A DNA stretch of 64,000 nt. Source: Candidatus Poribacteria bacterium. GTDB lineage: Bacteria; Poribacteria; WGA-4E; WGA-3G. The stretch is from positions 384,001 through 448,000 of the forward strand of contig CBDBFU010000014.1 in NCBI GenBank assembly GCA_965205025.1, given 5' to 3'. Of this stretch, positions 61,511-64,000 are shown piece after piece (the first letter of the stretch is position 1; every line of letters starts with the position of its first letter). The notes under the pieces are model-generated. The model was not told where the DNA came from. It worked only from the letters and a program-made list of their open reading frames with translations, and did not search any database. Both the position numbers and the translations under genes were made by a program.

Positions 61511-62800
61511 TTAATGTCCGCTATTGACAAGTTCCTCTTCATCAAGAGTCAAGAGAGAGAGTCCGTAATCTCCCATCAGATACCAGAATTCTTCGCGTGG
61601 CACACCTGCCAGACGTGCTGCCAGACCGCTGCTGAGTTCGTCGTTTCCATAATACTTCATTCCCAACGCGATCCGCGCATCTTTATCAATTTCAAACGGT
61701 TCGCTCCGCGGTGTCAACAACGTTACAATCTTTTTCGGCAAACGACTCCCTATCTTCTCCTCAAAGGCAGCAATGCTCCCGTGGATATTGTGAAATACAG
61801 CGGCAACATCCACTTCTTGAAGAAGTGCAGCAGTCAAATCGGTCTCCGCTTCTTCCCAACCTTTCGCAAGCAACCACGCCTCACCCCGTATATAATAGAA
61901 TTCAGGGACCTTTGGTCTGCGTGTTAGTGCCTCGGTATAATTCGCAATTGCGCTGTCTAACTCGGCTTTGGCACGATAAGCGTTGCCTCGATGTGTGTAT
62001 GCCTCCACAAGTTCTGAATTAATCTGTATGGCTTTGTCATAATCTTTAATCGCCTTGTCCAATTCGTTTTTGGCGTAGTAAACCTGACCCCGATTGAGGT
62101 ATGCCTCGGCAAATTCTGGATTGCAGTCGATTGCCTGACTATGATCTTCAATCGCTTTGTCTATCTCGCCTTGTTCGTTGTAGATGAGACCGCGGCAGGT
62201 ATAGGGTTCTGCAGATTTTGGGTTGAGTTCTATGGCTTTGTTGTAATCTACAATCGCCTTGTCTACCTCGTCTTTATCACGATAAGCCTTACCGCGTTCC
62301 GTATAAGCCTGGGTAAACTCTGGGGCCATCTCTATCGCAGCGTTATAGTCTTCAATCGCCTTGTCTACGTCCCCTTTGCTATGGTAGGTTATACCGCGTT
62401 CTTTATATCTATCGGCAGCCTCTTCGGGTTTGAGACGTATCGCCGTGCTAAAGTCTTGGATGGCTTTCTCAAAAACCAGCAGATTGCGGTAAGCCATCCC
62501 GCGGCCATAGTAGGCAAATGCATCGTCAGGTGTGAGGCTTATGACTTTGCTAAAATCATCGACTGCACGATAAAACTTGCCCTTGTTGTAGTAAGCTATG
62601 CCTTGCTGCCCGTAGGCAATGACATTTTCCGGATCCAGTTCTATTGCTTTGCTAAAGTCTGCAATGGCCTGATCGTACTCACCGTTTTTGAGGTGAGCAA
62701 TACCACGGGTGTTATGCATCGACGCAGCACCTCCGCTTTTTGCGTCAACAAAATCGCTGTTGTAATAGGTATCCACAGAACCTTGGATCAGTTCTTGCAT
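61511..62800 (-). CDS. TPR-array protein fused to a C-terminal UPF0175 antitoxin domain
   Basis: About nine 34-aa TPRs (AY..RG..Y...G..DKAI.DY.KAI.L.P), then ARIALGMKYY....LSSGLAARLAGVPREEFWYLMGDYGLSLL...EEEL. Confidence 0.85.
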   Translation of the reverse strand: MQELIQGSVDTYYNSDFVDAKSGGAASMHNTRGIAHLKNGEYDQAIADFSKAIELDPENVIAYGQQGIAYYNKGKFYRAVDDFSKVISLTPDDAFAYYGRGMAYRNLLVFEKAIQDFSTAIRLKPEEAADRYKERGITYHSKGDVDKAIEDYNAAIEMAPEFTQAYTERGKAYRDKDEVDKAIVDYNKAIELNPKSAEPYTCRGLIYNEQGEIDKAIEDHSQAIDCNPEFAEAYLNRGQVYYAKNELDKAIKDYDKAIQINSELVEAYTHRGNAYRAKAELDSAIANYTEALTRRPKVPEFYYIRGEAWLLAKGWEEAETDLTAALLQEVDVAAVFHNIHGSIAAFEEKIGSRLPKKIVTLLTPRSEPFEIDKDARIALGMKYYGNDELSSGLAARLAGVPREEFWYLMGDYGLSLLTLDEEELVNSGH

Positions 62801-63138
62801 CGGTTTTCTCCTTCACAAGGCAAGTTTCTTGAGGGTAATGATAACATACAATACGCCCTGATTTCAACGGAATGTAGGAGTGATCACCAGATCCCGACTG
62901 CTCTACTTATGGTTTGTTCATCCTCTATGTTCCGTTCCAGGATTGGAACTGTTGGTGTAAGCAGTTTTAGGAGTTACTCATCAGCTTGCCTTCACAATCC
63001 TACATTCTTTGCGATATACCTCACAATAGTCTGAATCGCGGATTACGCGGATGACATGGATTTCGCGGATTAGTGTTCTGTACAATCAAGTAATCTGCAA
63101 AGCGGAGAATTGAATAACGTTATCTGTGGGACAGCGGC

Positions 63139-63320
63139 TTAACTTGATAGATCACAAGTATGTGGTGTTATTTGAGGTACAACGGTATCTACTTCTTGAA
63201 TGGCATGCCAATCAATCACCGCAGTCCACAACTTTTCTTCTTCTGAGTAGTGAACAACACCTTCAGCCTCCAGTTCTTCGCTATAGATGATAAGGGATTG
63301 TCCCTCTTTTGAATCATTTT
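63139..63320 (-). pseudogene. 3' fragment of a small hypothetical gene, 5' end interrupted near a REP hairpin
   Basis: EGQSLIIYSEELEAEGVVHYSEEEKLWTAVIDWHAI looks coding; the apparent N-terminus overlaps the CTCCAGCGGAG repeat at 63337-63349. Confidence 0.4.
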
Positions 63321-63399
63321 TGCTTTCCACGATCTCGCTCCAGCGGAGTGCTCTGTCCATAGAGAGGTAAAAGGACTGGAAGATGTCAACATCCGTTTG

Positions 63400-63792
63400 T
63401 TACACAACCCATGATTGTATACGATCTGCGATGACCGTAATATTGGTGATAGTGCCATCCGCAATCTTAAAACCGAGGTCAATAATCGAATCATCAAGAT
63501 CTAGCAACAAGAAGTACCCGTTTATGTTTAAAAACAAAAGCATGCAATGCATACCAATACGCTTATTCCCATCCAAAAATATGTGTCCGGTAATGATATG
63601 ATGTGCATAAACAGCGGCTTTTTGGAATATAGTTGGATAAAATTCTATATCTCCAAATTTCCCGCCAACCGCTTCAACCAAATAGTGTAACTGATTTTCC
63701 TTGAGCACCTGATAGTCGTCTACGTAGTCTATGGCAACTTTCAGGATATCCTCAATTGTCAAATATCTTATAAGTTGTCGAGGGCTTTCCAT
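63400..63792 (-). CDS. Death-on-curing (Doc/Fic) family toxin
   Basis: YLTIEDI, FYPTIFQKAA, Doc motif HIFLDGNKRIG. Confidence 0.9.
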   Translation of the reverse strand: MESPRQLIRYLTIEDILKVAIDYVDDYQVLKENQLHYLVEAVGGKFGDIEFYPTIFQKAAVYAHHIITGHIFLDGNKRIGMHCMLLFLNINGYFLLLDLDDSIIDLGFKIADGTITNITVIADRIQSWVV

Positions 63793-64000
63793 GCGCGATC
63801 GTAGTCTTGTAGTATTCCATCCGAGGTGATAATAACATCAACCCCCATATTTCTGGCAGTTGTCAAGTCTGATTTGGCTTTTTCTCGTTCTCCGAGGCGT
63901 AGAAATACTCCGCCCCGACTGTAATAAGCATCAGCATAATCGGGATCGAAGTCTATTGCTTTTGTATAGTCTTCAATGGCACGTTCAACCTCACCTATTT
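63768..64000 (-). CDS. TPR protein C-terminus (partial, runs off the window) ending in a Doc-antidote-like peptide
   Basis: Own translation 63998-63768: IGEVERAIEDYTKAIDFDPDYADAYYSRGGVFLRLGEREKAKSDLTTARNMGVDVIITSDGILQDYDRAWKALDNL*; overlaps the Doc start. Confidence 0.8.
   Translation of the reverse strand, partial: IGEVERAIEDYTKAIDFDPDYADAYYSRGGVFLRLGEREKAKSDLTTARNMGVDVIITSDGILQDYDRAWKALDNL

Noticed and set aside
62141-63034. 297-aa plus-strand ORF
   Set aside because: Antisense shadow of the repetitive TPR gene.

Overview
Bacterial chromosome segment from an AT-rich diderm organism (lpxL-lptCAB present). The gene content (many TPR proteins, NHL protein, uronate isomerase, AAA/PD-(D/E)XK gene, dense REP/MITE-like repeats) resembles Candidatus Poribacteria, but that assignment is inference only. 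The housekeeping core (about 14-54.6 kb) holds menG, pheT, pheS with a Phe T-box, rplT-rpmI-infC, a MATE pump, lpxL-lptC-lptA-lptB-rpoN-hpf, valS, nadB, a lytic transglycosylase, gatB, a decayed MvaI-like R-M locus, potA, pgl, uxaC and secG-tpiA-gap. Accessory regions flank it on both sides. Left: pseudogenes, nested MITEs, a duplicated HDAC 3' end, and two tandem DUF262 (GmrS/SspE-like) genes, one fused to seven ribosomal-protein-S1-type domains. Right: a toxin-antitoxin cluster in which two different antitoxin modules are fused to the C-termini of related TPR arrays, each directly upstream of its cognate toxin. The ORF track misses a SelW/Rdx selenoprotein (CxxU with a SECIS-like hairpin). 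The best candidates for undescribed systems are the DUF262-S1 fusion pair and the TPR-antitoxin/toxin modules. Family assignments come from motif recognition by eye; no database searches were run.
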